A stretch of 60,745 nt of DNA from the IMG/VR virus record IMGVR_UViG_3300042870_000870; one strand, written 5' to 3'. Every line of letters begins with the position of its first letter. Position 1 is the first letter of the stretch. The DNA is from an uncultured virus (IMG/VR IMGVR_UViG_3300042870_000870). Lineage: Duplodnaviria > Heunggongvirae > Uroviricota > Caudoviricetes. Positions 1 to 9,712 of the stretch are shown one piece after another. The notes beneath the pieces are model-generated. The model did no database searches. It was given only the letters and a program-made list of their open reading frames with translations, and had not been told where the DNA came from. Made by a program: the position numbers and the translations under genes.

Positions 1-297
1 CTCAAATTCGGAATCAAAATTAAATTTTTCCCATCCCAACGCAACTACACCATCTACTGCATCAATAACTCCGAAATAATCGGAGTCTTGAATTAATTCT
101 AAATGTAAATCGGTATCTTTTAATAATCCAACTAAATCAACGTATTCCACCTCAGGTGATTTTGGTTGAGATGTTGAGGAGGATGGGATAACAAACCATT
201 CATCCATATCTATTTCTGTACTCTCACTAAAAATGAATTCGTATTGTTTTTGACCTTTATAGTCTGAACCAATTTCATTTATATAGATTAACTTCAT
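1..297 (-). CDS. Hypothetical phage protein, truncated by the window edge (MKLIYINEIGSDYKGQKQYEF...)
   Basis: Frame is open from the ATG at 297 to position 1. The ATG overlaps the stop of the upstream gene. Confidence 0.75.
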   Translation of the reverse strand, partial: MKLIYINEIGSDYKGQKQYEFIFSESTEIDMDEWFVIPSSSTSQPKSPEVEYVDLVGLLKDTDLHLELIQDSDYFGVIDAVDGVVALGWEKFNFDSEFE

Positions 298-1361
298 TAT
301 TTGAAATATTTTCCTAATGTTGTTTGAATACTATTGTTAATCTCCTTTTTCATTTCTTCCAAATCTAACTCAACTTCCTCATCCATAGGTTCTTCTATTG
401 GATGACTATCTTCACCAAAGTCTACTCGAACATTTTCAGAAAAGTCTACATTAACATCTTCCTCCATTTCTAAATCAGCATAATCCGCTAAACTAGTCTC
501 TTCAGTATCAAAATCCGACGAAGAGTTTATAAAATTTTCTAACGCATCCATTGTTGTGTCATATCCTTCACCAATTTCAGAATCTACAGGTTCTTCCGCA
601 GATACCTCATCTTCAGGTGACGGCTCTTCAGAAGGAACTTCTTCGCCATCTTGTTTTTCGTCACGTTCAAATTTCTTAGCAATATCTTCAATATCATCAT
701 CTTCTAACTTATCTAAATTAACAGCAGAAATAATCATATTAAGAACATATTTTATATCATCACTTTCCATTGATTCGTGTTGGTCTCTTAATTCTTGACC
801 TAACTTACCTGCAAATTTTTGTACTTCCGCCATGTAACTTGATCTTTTTCCTGATGCATCGTCTTCACCATCTACAGGTGCTTCCGGTGCTGGTTCTTCA
901 GCTGGTACTTCAGGTGATGGTTCTTCAGATGGTACTTCAGGTGCCGGTTCTTCAGCTGGCGTAGGTATAGGAGCGTTTGCTGCCGGATCACTCATAGGAG
1001 ATTCACTTTTAGGTGAACTTGGTTTTAAAACGTATTTCGTTGCCTCTTGTAATTCTTCCTGTCCTTTTAATAGGTCTAATCTTTTAAACGCTTCAGAGTA
1101 TGATGAAAATTTGTTTTTGTTTTTCATGAACATACCACCAATATAATCAAGTGATGATTCATTTAATCCTCTTTTAACGTAGTATCCGTCTTTTTCTTTA
1201 ACGATACCAAAAAATCCACCCGTTGTGGATTCCTTTACTAATTCTGGTTTTACAGAAGAAGACTTTTTATTATTTTGATTAAAGTAAGTTAATTCGAGAA
1301 TTCTTTTTAATTTCTCGTCGCCATTAAGCTTCTCACTTCCTAGAGGTTTGATGTCTGCCAT
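297..1361 (-). CDS. Acidic Pro/Glu-rich protein, possibly head/scaffold-associated
   Basis: 354 aa ORF with EEP(A/S)PEVP repeats and many L/I-x-E sites. TATTTATA motif upstream (1395-1402). Function is inferred. Confidence 0.6.
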   Translation of the reverse strand: MADIKPLGSEKLNGDEKLKRILELTYFNQNNKKSSSVKPELVKESTTGGFFGIVKEKDGYYVKRGLNESSLDYIGGMFMKNKNKFSSYSEAFKRLDLLKGQEELQEATKYVLKPSSPKSESPMSDPAANAPIPTPAEEPAPEVPSEEPSPEVPAEEPAPEAPVDGEDDASGKRSSYMAEVQKFAGKLGQELRDQHESMESDDIKYVLNMIISAVNLDKLEDDDIEDIAKKFERDEKQDGEEVPSEEPSPEDEVSAEEPVDSEIGEGYDTTMDALENFINSSSDFDTEETSLADYADLEMEEDVNVDFSENVRVDFGEDSHPIEEPMDEEVELDLEEMKKEINNSIQTTLGKYFK

Positions 1362-1431
1362 TGTTTTTATATTAAGATAAACTTATTCTTATCCTATAAA
1401 TACATAGATATAGGGAAAAAAATAAGGTTCT

Positions 1432-2205
1432 TTATTGTGTTATGGACAATTTTTTGTTTGAAATGTCCGTTTTTAGTTTTAAAAGTTTCTCTATATATCC
1501 GTTTCTTCGAAGTAATTTGAAGGTTAAGTTCTCATATGAGTACTCTCCTCCTGATTCAAGACCACTTTGTCTAAACTCTTTAATTTTACTTCTTAGTGTT
1601 TCAATATCTGAAGTTACGTCTTTTTTACTACCTAATTTAATAAGTCTATCTATTTTTTTTGCGTACTCTTCACCCTTTTCTAATATTTTTCTATCGTCAA
1701 TATTAGCCTGTTCCTTTTTAGGTTCAATAACCCATTCGTTATTTAAAATAGAATAAACACCAGATGAAATGTGTTCCTCATTAACATCTTGTACGTATAT
1801 TTCAACATCATACCCCTTTATTTTGATGTCGTATTTTTCGTTCCATACGTTTTTCTTAGCATCAAAAAATTCTTTCAATATTGCATGAAAAGACGATGAG
1901 TTTTTATCTTTATTGATACTATCAAAATCTATAAGAATGTGTAAATCAACGTCAGAATATTGTGACCAATTATAGTTAGAAAGTGACCCCGTTAATACGA
2001 TATCATGTATAAACACATCAACATTCAAAGAGTCCACGAAATCATTTGTTATTACTAGTAATCTTTTTCTTATATCGTCTCGCATAGAAAAAGATTTACC
2101 ACTAACCTCAAATATTTGGTCAGATAGTGAATCTTTAGGTTTAAAAGAACCTACGATTTTTTCGTCCTCACCCCTATCTTCAATTAATTCTTCAAATAAA
2201 CTCAT
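1432..2205 (-). CDS. Pol-beta-superfamily nucleotidyltransferase
   Basis: LTGSLSNYNWSQYSDVDLHI fits the hG[GS]...DhD motif; a third acidic residue lies in DVEIYVQD. Confidence 0.75.
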   Translation of the reverse strand: MSLFEELIEDRGEDEKIVGSFKPKDSLSDQIFEVSGKSFSMRDDIRKRLLVITNDFVDSLNVDVFIHDIVLTGSLSNYNWSQYSDVDLHILIDFDSINKDKNSSSFHAILKEFFDAKKNVWNEKYDIKIKGYDVEIYVQDVNEEHISSGVYSILNNEWVIEPKKEQANIDDRKILEKGEEYAKKIDRLIKLGSKKDVTSDIETLRSKIKEFRQSGLESGGEYSYENLTFKLLRRNGYIEKLLKLKTDISNKKLSITQ

Positions 2206-2447
2206 CCTTTCTTTATGTACTTATGACTTCTGGCGATATTCTCGTTGAAGTATTTTCCTTGTGATTCAGCAAGTCTAAACTTAGTGAACTTATTCCAAGG
2301 AACTTTATTATACTCATAAATAGCACCATTGTTAAAAGTTACCGTTAAGTCTTCCGTTTCGGTATTGAAAGATGCTGTCTTTAAATTAGATGAATTGATT
2401 ATAACATCAATTACCTTTCCATTAATTGTTTCTGATATAATTGCCAT
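2202..2447 (-). CDS. KTSC domain protein
   Basis: SSNLKTASFN...LTVTFNNGAIYEYNKVP...AESQGKYFNENI is the KTSC pattern. Probable start is MAIISE at 2447. Confidence 0.85.
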   Translation of the reverse strand: MAIISETINGKVIDVIINSSNLKTASFNTETEDLTVTFNNGAIYEYNKVPWNKFTKFRLAESQGKYFNENIARSHKYIKKG

Positions 2448-2522
2448 ATTTGATATTTTTAATGTTATAATATACATAATAAATATCAAATAAAAAACCC
2501 TCGATAAATCGAGGGTTCAATG

Positions 2523-2891
2523 TTAGTTAAGTGAAATCAACCTTTCAACTGATTTCTTTTTACTTTTAGGTAGAATAATTTCAATTACTCCATTTTCCAC
2601 ACCACCTACAATATTTTTCTCATCAACATCATCAGGTACGTTGTATGATTTTTTAAATGAATTAGTAAATGTGAATTCATCACCCTCTTTTTCATGTGAT
2701 ATGGTTAATTTACTTTCCTTTAATGATATTTTAACATCATCTTTAGAAAGTCCTGGAACCGATAATAGGACCTTATAACCATCTTCTGTTGTGGTAATGT
2801 TAGAGTTAATTCTGTTATCCACCTTCAAGTAGGCTTCATCAAACACTTTATCAAAAGTGTTAAAAAACGGGTCTTTAAATAATGTAATCAT
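2523..2891 (-). CDS. Small heat shock protein (Hsp20/alpha-crystallin)
   Basis: VPGLSKDDVKI, FKKSYNVPDDVD, NGVIEIILPK and a C-terminal I-x-L motif. Confidence 0.9.
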   Translation of the reverse strand: MITLFKDPFFNTFDKVFDEAYLKVDNRINSNITTTEDGYKVLLSVPGLSKDDVKISLKESKLTISHEKEGDEFTFTNSFKKSYNVPDDVDEKNIVGGVENGVIEIILPKSKKKSVERLISLN

Positions 2892-3064
2892 AGTTTTGTT
2901 TTTTTTATTTTACATATTATTAATTTTTCATTTTACAAATTGCAAACCAAACGTCTAAAACTGACATTTAGACATTCGTTAGACATTTTTTTAGACATTT
3001 TGACATTTATTTGTTTTTTAGAATGAAATGTGTTATGTTTGTAGAAACTAAACGTAAAAATAGT

Positions 3065-5083
3065 ATGGCAGTAGATTTTTTTGAAGACGGACCAACGACA
3101 AACCCTAAAAGGGGACGTAAAGGTTCAACCACCCCAATCTTAGATAATTTTTCTCGCGATTTAATTAAACTCGCGGAAGAAGGAAAGATTGACCCTGTAG
3201 TGGGAAGGGATAAAGAAGTGAGAAGAATCGCACAAATTCTTTCTCGTAAAAAGAAAAATAATGCAGTTGTTGTTGGAGAGGCTGGTGTTGGTAAATCAGC
3301 ATTAGTTGAAAAACTCGCATTAATGATTGTAAAAGGAGATTGTCCCACAAATCTACTTGACAAAAGAATTGTCTCTTTAGATTTAACCTCTTTAGTTGCG
3401 GGAACAAAATATCGAGGACAATTTGAAGAGAGGATTAAAGCAATCTTAAATGAATTACAAGAGGCACACAATGTTATTGTATTCATCGATGAGTTACACA
3501 CAATGGTAGGTGCAGGAAATGCCAGTGGAGCAATGGATGCGGCTAATATTATGAAACCCGCATTAGCTAGAGGAGAGATTCAATGTATCGGTGCAACCAC
3601 ATTCGATGAATTTAAGAAACACATTGAAAAAGATTCTGCTTTAGTTAGAAGATTTCAAAAAGTAATTTTAAAAGAACCAACTCAATCGGAAACCATTGAA
3701 ATTTTAAATAACCTCAAAACTTCATATGAAGATTTCCATAAAGTACAATATGAGGATGGTGTGATTGACACGATTGTTAAATTATCGGGTCGTTATATTA
3801 CTGATAGACAATTTCCCGATAAGGCTATTGATGTTATTGACGAGTTAGGATCTGAAAAAAGGATTTCATTACGTGCTCCCGATACAATTGAAAAATTAAA
3901 AGGTCAAGCTGATGAGATTAAAGAAAAAAAGATTCTTGTTGTTAAAAATCAGAATTACGAACAAGCGGCAAAACTTAGAGATGAAGAAAGAAAAATTTTA
4001 GATAAACTTGAGGTTGAGAAGTCCAAGTGGATGGAAAAACAAAAGGATAATAAAATTCCTGTTTCTATTGATGATGTTTATACTATTGTATCTGAAATGA
4101 CGGGTGTACCAATCACTAAATTAGATTCTAACGAAACTAAAAAGTTATTAAAGATGGAAACCCTATTATCAGAAAAGGTTATTGGTCAAGATGAAGCAAT
4201 ATTAAGCATCTCAAAAGCAATTAGACGTAATCGTGTGGGAATTAAAGATGCCAACAAACCAATCGGTTCATTTATTTTCTTAGGTTCCACAGGTGTCGGT
4301 AAAACACATTTAGCTAAGTCCCTTGCGAATTTATTATTTGGTGATCCCGATAAAATCATTCGTGTTGATATGAGTGAATTTATGGATAGACACAATGTAT
4401 CCAAATTAATCGGTTCTCCTCCGGGTTATGTTGGTTATGATGAAGGAGGTCAATTAACTGAAAAGGTTAAGAATAATCCTTTCTCCGTTATCTTATTTGA
4501 TGAAATTGAAAAGGCACATAAAGATATCTTCAATTTATTATTACAAATTTTAGATGAAGGTCATTTAACCGATTCATTTGGTAGAAAAGTTAATTTTACT
4601 AATTGTTTGATTATCATGACATCTAATATCGGTGCTAAAAAAGTATCTGAGTTTGGTGGTGGTGTTGGTTTCAGTACTTCATCAAGTGAAACACAAAAAT
4701 ATGAAGTGAAGAAAACTATGATTCAAAAATCATTGAAGCAACAATTTAATCCCGAATTTTTAAATCGTATTGATGATATTGTCTTGTTTAACTCGTTAAA
4801 TGAAGAATCACTAAAGAAAATTATTGATATTGAAATTGGTAAGTTAAATTCCCGTTTAGTAGATAAAAATTACATTGTTACGTTTGATAAAACTGTTATC
4901 GATAAAATTTTTGAATTAAACACTCAAGAAGAATACGGAGCGAGACCTTTGAAACGTATCATTCAAAATTTATGTGAAGATTTCTTAAGTGAGGAAATCT
5001 TAAAGGGTAATATTATTGAGAATTTACCGATTATTTTAAAATATAAAAACGAAAAATTAACAATTGTGAAAAAAATGTTATAA
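3065..5083 (+). CDS. clpC: ClpC-like Hsp100 ATPase lacking the N-terminal domain
   Basis: Two Walker A motifs (GEAGVGKS, GSTGVGKT), GTKYRGQFEER, a UVR-type M-domain (QNYEQAAKLRDEE) and a VGF ClpP-docking loop. Probable start is MAVDFF at 3065. Confidence 0.9.
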   Translation: MAVDFFEDGPTTNPKRGRKGSTTPILDNFSRDLIKLAEEGKIDPVVGRDKEVRRIAQILSRKKKNNAVVVGEAGVGKSALVEKLALMIVKGDCPTNLLDKRIVSLDLTSLVAGTKYRGQFEERIKAILNELQEAHNVIVFIDELHTMVGAGNASGAMDAANIMKPALARGEIQCIGATTFDEFKKHIEKDSALVRRFQKVILKEPTQSETIEILNNLKTSYEDFHKVQYEDGVIDTIVKLSGRYITDRQFPDKAIDVIDELGSEKRISLRAPDTIEKLKGQADEIKEKKILVVKNQNYEQAAKLRDEERKILDKLEVEKSKWMEKQKDNKIPVSIDDVYTIVSEMTGVPITKLDSNETKKLLKMETLLSEKVIGQDEAILSISKAIRRNRVGIKDANKPIGSFIFLGSTGVGKTHLAKSLANLLFGDPDKIIRVDMSEFMDRHNVSKLIGSPPGYVGYDEGGQLTEKVKNNPFSVILFDEIEKAHKDIFNLLLQILDEGHLTDSFGRKVNFTNCLIIMTSNIGAKKVSEFGGGVGFSTSSSETQKYEVKKTMIQKSLKQQFNPEFLNRIDDIVLFNSLNEESLKKIIDIEIGKLNSRLVDKNYIVTFDKTVIDKIFELNTQEEYGARPLKRIIQNLCEDFLSEEILKGNIIENLPIILKYKNEKLTIVKKML

Positions 5084-5194
5084 ATACTTTACTTTTACTC
5101 AAAGTTATATATATTTATATCAATGAAGGTTCTCTTTGTCGATTACCTTTTCGTTTTTTATAAGTAAGTGGGGTTGAACCCACCGAAAGACCTT

Positions 5195-5224
5195 AAACCC
5201 CAACAACTCGTTGGGGTTTTTTTT
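5195..5224 (+). terminator. Intrinsic terminator
   Basis: AAACCCCAAC/GTTGGGGTTT stem followed by a T-run. Confidence 0.8.
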
Positions 5225-5268
5225 ATTAAATTTTGCGTTACCAAATGTTTTTCGTATATTTACATTAT

Positions 5269-5448
5269 ATGAAAAAAGTAACATTTATTTTAGCTCTTGG
5301 TGTTGTATTAACACTATCAGCATGTGGTTCAGGGTCAACCTCAAAAGAAACAACTGACTCAACGGCAACTCAAGTAGATTCTACTTCAATTACCGCAACA
5401 GATTCAACAACTGCACAAATTCCAGCAGACAGTTCAGCTGTAAAATAA
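5269..5448 (+). CDS. Small Ser/Thr-rich lipoprotein
   Basis: MKKVTFILALGVVLTLSA-C lipobox. Repeated DST/DSS resembles the Bacteroidota O-glycosylation sequon. Confidence 0.75.
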   Translation: MKKVTFILALGVVLTLSACGSGSTSKETTDSTATQVDSTSITATDSTTAQIPADSSAVK

Positions 5449-5508
5449 GAATTAGGGGTCGGATTAATCTTCGACCCCCATTTTTAATTTTTTTTAAATC
5501 TCTCTCCA

Positions 5509-5937
5509 ATGGATACAAATACAGAAAAACAAGGTGATTTAATACTTCTTAGAGGTGTTCCGGGTTCGGGTAAAACAACATTCGCTAATGTTATATTACA
5601 ACAACCAAATAACAACCCACAAGAAATATTGTCTGCGGATGATTTTTTTGAGGGTGAAAATGGTGAATATAATTTTGACCCAACAAAATTAAAAGAAGCT
5701 CACAACTATTGTCAATTTAGGTGTTCCGAAAGAATGAGACAACAAAAGGTGAGAATTGTGGTTGCAAATACATTTACACAAGAATGGGAAATGGATGAAT
5801 ATTTTAAAATGGCCGAAAGGTACAATTATAGAGTTCATACAATAATTGTAGAGAATAGACATGGTAATGAAAATATTCACGGAGTTCCAAAAGATAAACT
5901 TCAACAAATGAAGAATAGGTTTGAAATTAAATTATAG
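5509..5937 (+). CDS. P-loop polynucleotide-kinase-like protein (AAA_33)
   Basis: LILLRGVPGSGKTT, SADDFF, VANTF and HGVP motifs. Confidence 0.85.
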   Translation: MDTNTEKQGDLILLRGVPGSGKTTFANVILQQPNNNPQEILSADDFFEGENGEYNFDPTKLKEAHNYCQFRCSERMRQQKVRIVVANTFTQEWEMDEYFKMAERYNYRVHTIIVENRHGNENIHGVPKDKLQQMKNRFEIKL

Positions 5938-6004
5938 ATGAGTCAATTTATTGAATCTTTTACTAAGTCAATAAACCCACCACAAAAAACACCAATCAAA
6001 AATT

Positions 6005-7210
6005 GTGCTAACTACATTAGAAAAATATTACGAAAATGGTTTGTTACACAAACAAACCCACCCAAATCTTGACTTAACTATTTGGAATTATTCCCCAAAA
6101 GTTCAGTACGAAAGATTATGGGATGAGATTACTTTGCAATGTCGTGGATTGGTAACCAACTCAAAAGGTGATATTGTTGCAAGACCATTTAAGAAATTTT
6201 TTAACTACGAGGAACATAAACCAGAAGATATCCCTAATGAAGATTATGTTGTCTATGAAAAAATGGATGGTTCGTTAGGTATTCTCTTTTATTACAAATA
6301 TGAATTAAGTGAAGAGAGAAGATATAATATATGGTTTAATAACAATTATGAAACAGGTATGGAAAGGTTCTTTGACCCTAACAATTTACCTGATTACGAT
6401 AATCCATATTATGACCCAACACCAAAAACAAAAGGTGAATGGATATTAGCAACTCGAGGTTCGTTTACATCACCACAAGCAATTAAAGGAAAAGAAATAC
6501 TTGACAGACACGATATTAGTGCGTGGAGAAAAGACAACACATATTTGTTTGAGATTATTTATCCTGAAAATAGAATTGTGGTTGATTATAAAGGAGAAGA
6601 AAAATTAGTTGTCCTTGGAGCTATTCATACTGAAACTGGTGAAGAAATACCCGATAGTAGTTTGTTTTGGACACAGGACTCGGGTTTTGAAGTTGTGATG
6701 ACATATAAAACTTGGGGTGAAACATACGACTTATTAAAAGAAGAAATATCTAAAGATAAAGAAGGTTACGTAATAAAATTCAAGAATGGTTTCCGAATGA
6801 AAATAAAAGGAGATGAATATGTTAGACTTCACAAAATTCTAACTAACATATCTAATCGTGACATATGGGAATATCTAAAAGATAATAAACCATTTGATGA
6901 GTTACTTGAAAAGGTTCCAGATGAATTTAATGATTGGGTTAAAACCACAATCAGAGATTTAAAATACGCATGTTATCAATTAAGAGAACGAGCGGGTAAA
7001 TTACATGATGGTTTTAGATATGGGAAATTTGGTGACAGAGACCCTGAACCATCTAAAAAAGAATTTGCTGAATTTGTAAATAAACAACAAAAAGTTTTAC
7101 ATGCAATTATGTTCGCAATGTGGAATGGAAATAATCAAAAAGTTGACGACATAATTTGGAAAATAGTTAAACCGGAATATTCAAAACCATTTAAGAAAGA
7201 TGAAAACTGA
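6005..7210 (+). CDS. T4 Rnl1-like RNA ligase
   Basis: CRGLV, ARPFKKFFN, motif I EKMDGS, ATRGSF, FEII, EGYV and MKIK. Confidence 0.88.
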   Translation: MLTTLEKYYENGLLHKQTHPNLDLTIWNYSPKVQYERLWDEITLQCRGLVTNSKGDIVARPFKKFFNYEEHKPEDIPNEDYVVYEKMDGSLGILFYYKYELSEERRYNIWFNNNYETGMERFFDPNNLPDYDNPYYDPTPKTKGEWILATRGSFTSPQAIKGKEILDRHDISAWRKDNTYLFEIIYPENRIVVDYKGEEKLVVLGAIHTETGEEIPDSSLFWTQDSGFEVVMTYKTWGETYDLLKEEISKDKEGYVIKFKNGFRMKIKGDEYVRLHKILTNISNRDIWEYLKDNKPFDELLEKVPDEFNDWVKTTIRDLKYACYQLRERAGKLHDGFRYGKFGDRDPEPSKKEFAEFVNKQQKVLHAIMFAMWNGNNQKVDDIIWKIVKPEYSKPFKKDEN

Positions 7211-7685
7211 GAAAAAAAGATTATACTTAGACGATGTTAGAACACCAATTGGAACTGATTGGGTTATTGTAAGAAATTATGAACATTTTGTTTCTACCAT
7301 TAGGCTATATGGATTAGAAAATTTTGATGTTATTTCGTTAGACCATGATTTAGGTGATGAGTCTATGGTTGAATACTATACAAATGTAAAAAATAATTAT
7401 GTGTTAAATTATGACAATATAGTTGGTGAGAAAACGGGATATGATTGTTGTAAGTTTTTAGTGGCGGAAAGTATGAGTAAAAAAATACCTTTACCCCAAA
7501 TTTATGTTCACTCCGCTAATCCAATTGGTAGTGCTAATATGATGGGTTATATTAATAATTATTTAATGAATTGTAGTTTACCTCAAACCTGTATTAGAGT
7601 TAAAATTGAACACACAATTGATACACCAATGGTACTCTCTCCCGAAGCTAGAAAAGCAAAATGGGATAGAAGTAACAAAAAATAA
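7200..7685 (+). CDS. Cyclic-phosphate-processing receiver-domain protein
   Basis: LYLDDVR, ISLDHDLG, TGYD and HSANPIG motifs. Overlaps the RNA ligase stop. Confidence 0.8.
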   Translation: MKTEKKRLYLDDVRTPIGTDWVIVRNYEHFVSTIRLYGLENFDVISLDHDLGDESMVEYYTNVKNNYVLNYDNIVGEKTGYDCCKFLVAESMSKKIPLPQIYVHSANPIGSANMMGYINNYLMNCSLPQTCIRVKIEHTIDTPMVLSPEARKAKWDRSNKK

Positions 7686-7736
7686 TTTTTTTATTCCGAA
7701 TTATTATTTATCTTTATAACCTTAAACAAAATAATC

Positions 7737-8087
7737 ATGTCATACACATCAAAAACAAAAACACCCTACAAAACAATGCACATTAAAGGTAAGTATACCG
7801 ATTTTAATGACTTTTATGACATTAATAAGCAATCGATATATGAAAACATTGTCGAGGTCTTTAAAGGGTTTAAAGAAACCAAAAAACGTGTTCTGTCCCT
7901 ATATGTTCAGGCTATCATTCAAGGTTTAGAATGGGACACAGAATTTAAGTTTAATAGAAACGAAACAATCGTATTATCTAGAGATGTTATTCCTTTTTTT
8001 GAGAGCATCGAAGATTACGAAAAATGTGCTGAAATAAAAAATTTATACGAAGACTTGACTAATGAAAAAATATTAGTTACAATTTAA
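7737..8087 (+). CDS. Hypothetical protein with C-terminal UVR-like motif
   Basis: EDYEKCAEIKN near the C-terminus. Confidence 0.6.
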   Translation: MSYTSKTKTPYKTMHIKGKYTDFNDFYDINKQSIYENIVEVFKGFKETKKRVLSLYVQAIIQGLEWDTEFKFNRNETIVLSRDVIPFFESIEDYEKCAEIKNLYEDLTNEKILVTI

Positions 8088-8096
8088 ATGTATCAG

Positions 8097-8120
8097 GAGA
8101 GAGGTACATTTATTTTTGTC
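8097..8120. repeat. Direct repeat, copy 1 (pairs with 19847-19870)
   Basis: GAGAGAGGTACATTTATTTTTGTC versus GAGAGAGATACATTTATTTTTGTC, 23/24 identical. Confidence 0.85.
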
Positions 8121-8154
8121 ATGTCCCCGTTGGTTTTTATCAATGGGGATTTTT

Positions 8155-9711
8155 TTATAACATCATTCTTGACCCAATAAGAAAATTACTTAAGAATGGG
8201 GAACCTGGTTTGGTATTACCTCCCAATTTATAATTGAAACTAAATCCAAAACGTTTAGTTATTTTATAATCAAATGATGACCCCAATAAAAATCCCATAT
8301 GTCTATTAACTGTCGTTTCTCCGTTTGTACTATTCCAAGCTATTGGTGAAAACATAGTAAACACCTGCGGTGATACTGTAAGTTTTTTTGAATAAACATA
8401 TGGCTTCGTCCAAAATGCGATTGCTGAAGATGCTACATTATAATCATATCCTTTTCCATTATTAAGGAATAAATTAATGATACCAACATTATAACCAAAT
8501 GTTCCTTTTTTAGGTGTTGGCTTAATCCAAGTATAACCTAACAAATTCATATAGTTACCAGCAAGATAAGCAAATGCTGTTCCATATGAATGTATCGCAT
8601 CTAAATTACCATCTTTTTTCATTGCCATTTTAGTGTAACCACCCGTTAATACTATTTGACTTAAATCACTATTCACCACCATACCTGAACTATAACTTTC
8701 ATCACCCGCCATAGATGATTTACTTACACCCATTGATATCGATACCAAATATCTATTATCGGGCATTTGAGATGTTGTTAAGTCAGAAGACATTAATAGT
8801 GGATTTGTTACCTCATCTTTCTTCTTCTTTTCTTCCTCTTTCTTCTTCTTTTCTTCTTCTTTCTTTTTCTCCTCCTCTTTTTTGGTTTCTTCTTTCTTTT
8901 CTTCCGATTTCTTTTCCTCGGTTTTAGACTCCTCTTTTTTCTCTTCAGTTTTAGTTTCTGTTTTCTTTTCTTCTGTTTTACTTTCAGTTTTAGTTTCAGT
9001 TTTAGTTTCTTCTGTTTTAGTCTCGGTTTTAGTCTCGGTTTTAGTTTCTGACGATGATGAACCACCACTACTTGAAGATGATGAACCGCTACTTGATGAA
9101 GAACTACTTGCTGGTGGAGGTGATGAAGAACTACTTGCCGGTGGTGGAGTACTTACTGGTGGGGGCGTTGAAGCACTACTTGCGGCAGATGATGCCGCAC
9201 CACTTGCTGCACCACTTGCAGATGAACTTGCGGCTGACGATGCTGCAGAACTCGCAGCTGACGATGCTGCTCCACTTGCAGATGAACTTGCGGCTGACGC
9301 AGCACTAGCCGCCGCAGCATCTGATGCAGCTTTAGCCGCCGCAGCCGCCGCAGCATCTGATGCAGCTTTAGCCGCCGCAGCCGCCGCAGCATCTGCCGCC
9401 GCCCTTGCCGCAGCATCAGCCGCAGCCCTTGCTGCCGCTTGTTGAGCTAAGAAAATTGCATCGTCTTGTGTTGAACATGGTGTTGCAAATATACTATTAA
9501 CCCATGTTTGAAACGCACCACTACTGATATCTGCTAATGTTACAATTTTAGATTTACCTCTAATAACAGCAACGGTTGAGTTTTGTCCGAATGGAATAAT
9601 AACCACATATACCTTTTGATCACACGGATCAATATATGTTTGTGTTATGGTTTGACCAAACGACTCACTACAAAAAAATAATATTAGGAGAGAGATAATA
9701 TATTTTTTCAT
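8155..9711 (-). CDS. Secreted/outer-membrane protein with Ala-, Ser/Pro- and Glu/Lys-rich linker and a beta-rich C-terminal domain
   Basis: Signal peptide, low-complexity tandem repeats (about 8820-9440) and alternating beta-strand pattern at the C-terminus. Confidence 0.7.
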   Translation of the reverse strand: MKKYIISLLILFFCSESFGQTITQTYIDPCDQKVYVVIIPFGQNSTVAVIRGKSKIVTLADISSGAFQTWVNSIFATPCSTQDDAIFLAQQAAARAAADAAARAAADAAAAAAAKAASDAAAAAAAKAASDAAAASAASAASSSASGAASSAASSAASSAASSSASGAASGAASSAASSASTPPPVSTPPPASSSSSPPPASSSSSSSGSSSSSSGGSSSSETKTETKTETKTEETKTETKTESKTEEKKTETKTEEKKEESKTEEKKSEEKKEETKKEEEKKKEEEKKKKEEEKKKKDEVTNPLLMSSDLTTSQMPDNRYLVSISMGVSKSSMAGDESYSSGMVVNSDLSQIVLTGGYTKMAMKKDGNLDAIHSYGTAFAYLAGNYMNLLGYTWIKPTPKKGTFGYNVGIINLFLNNGKGYDYNVASSAIAFWTKPYVYSKKLTVSPQVFTMFSPIAWNSTNGETTVNRHMGFLLGSSFDYKITKRFGFSFNYKLGGNTKPGSPFLSNFLIGSRMML

Positions 9712-9712
9712 T

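Noticed and set aside
8715..9445. Several overlapping ORFs (8715, 8808, 8882, 9054, 9153)
   Set aside because: They are shadow frames of the low-complexity repeats in 8155..9711.
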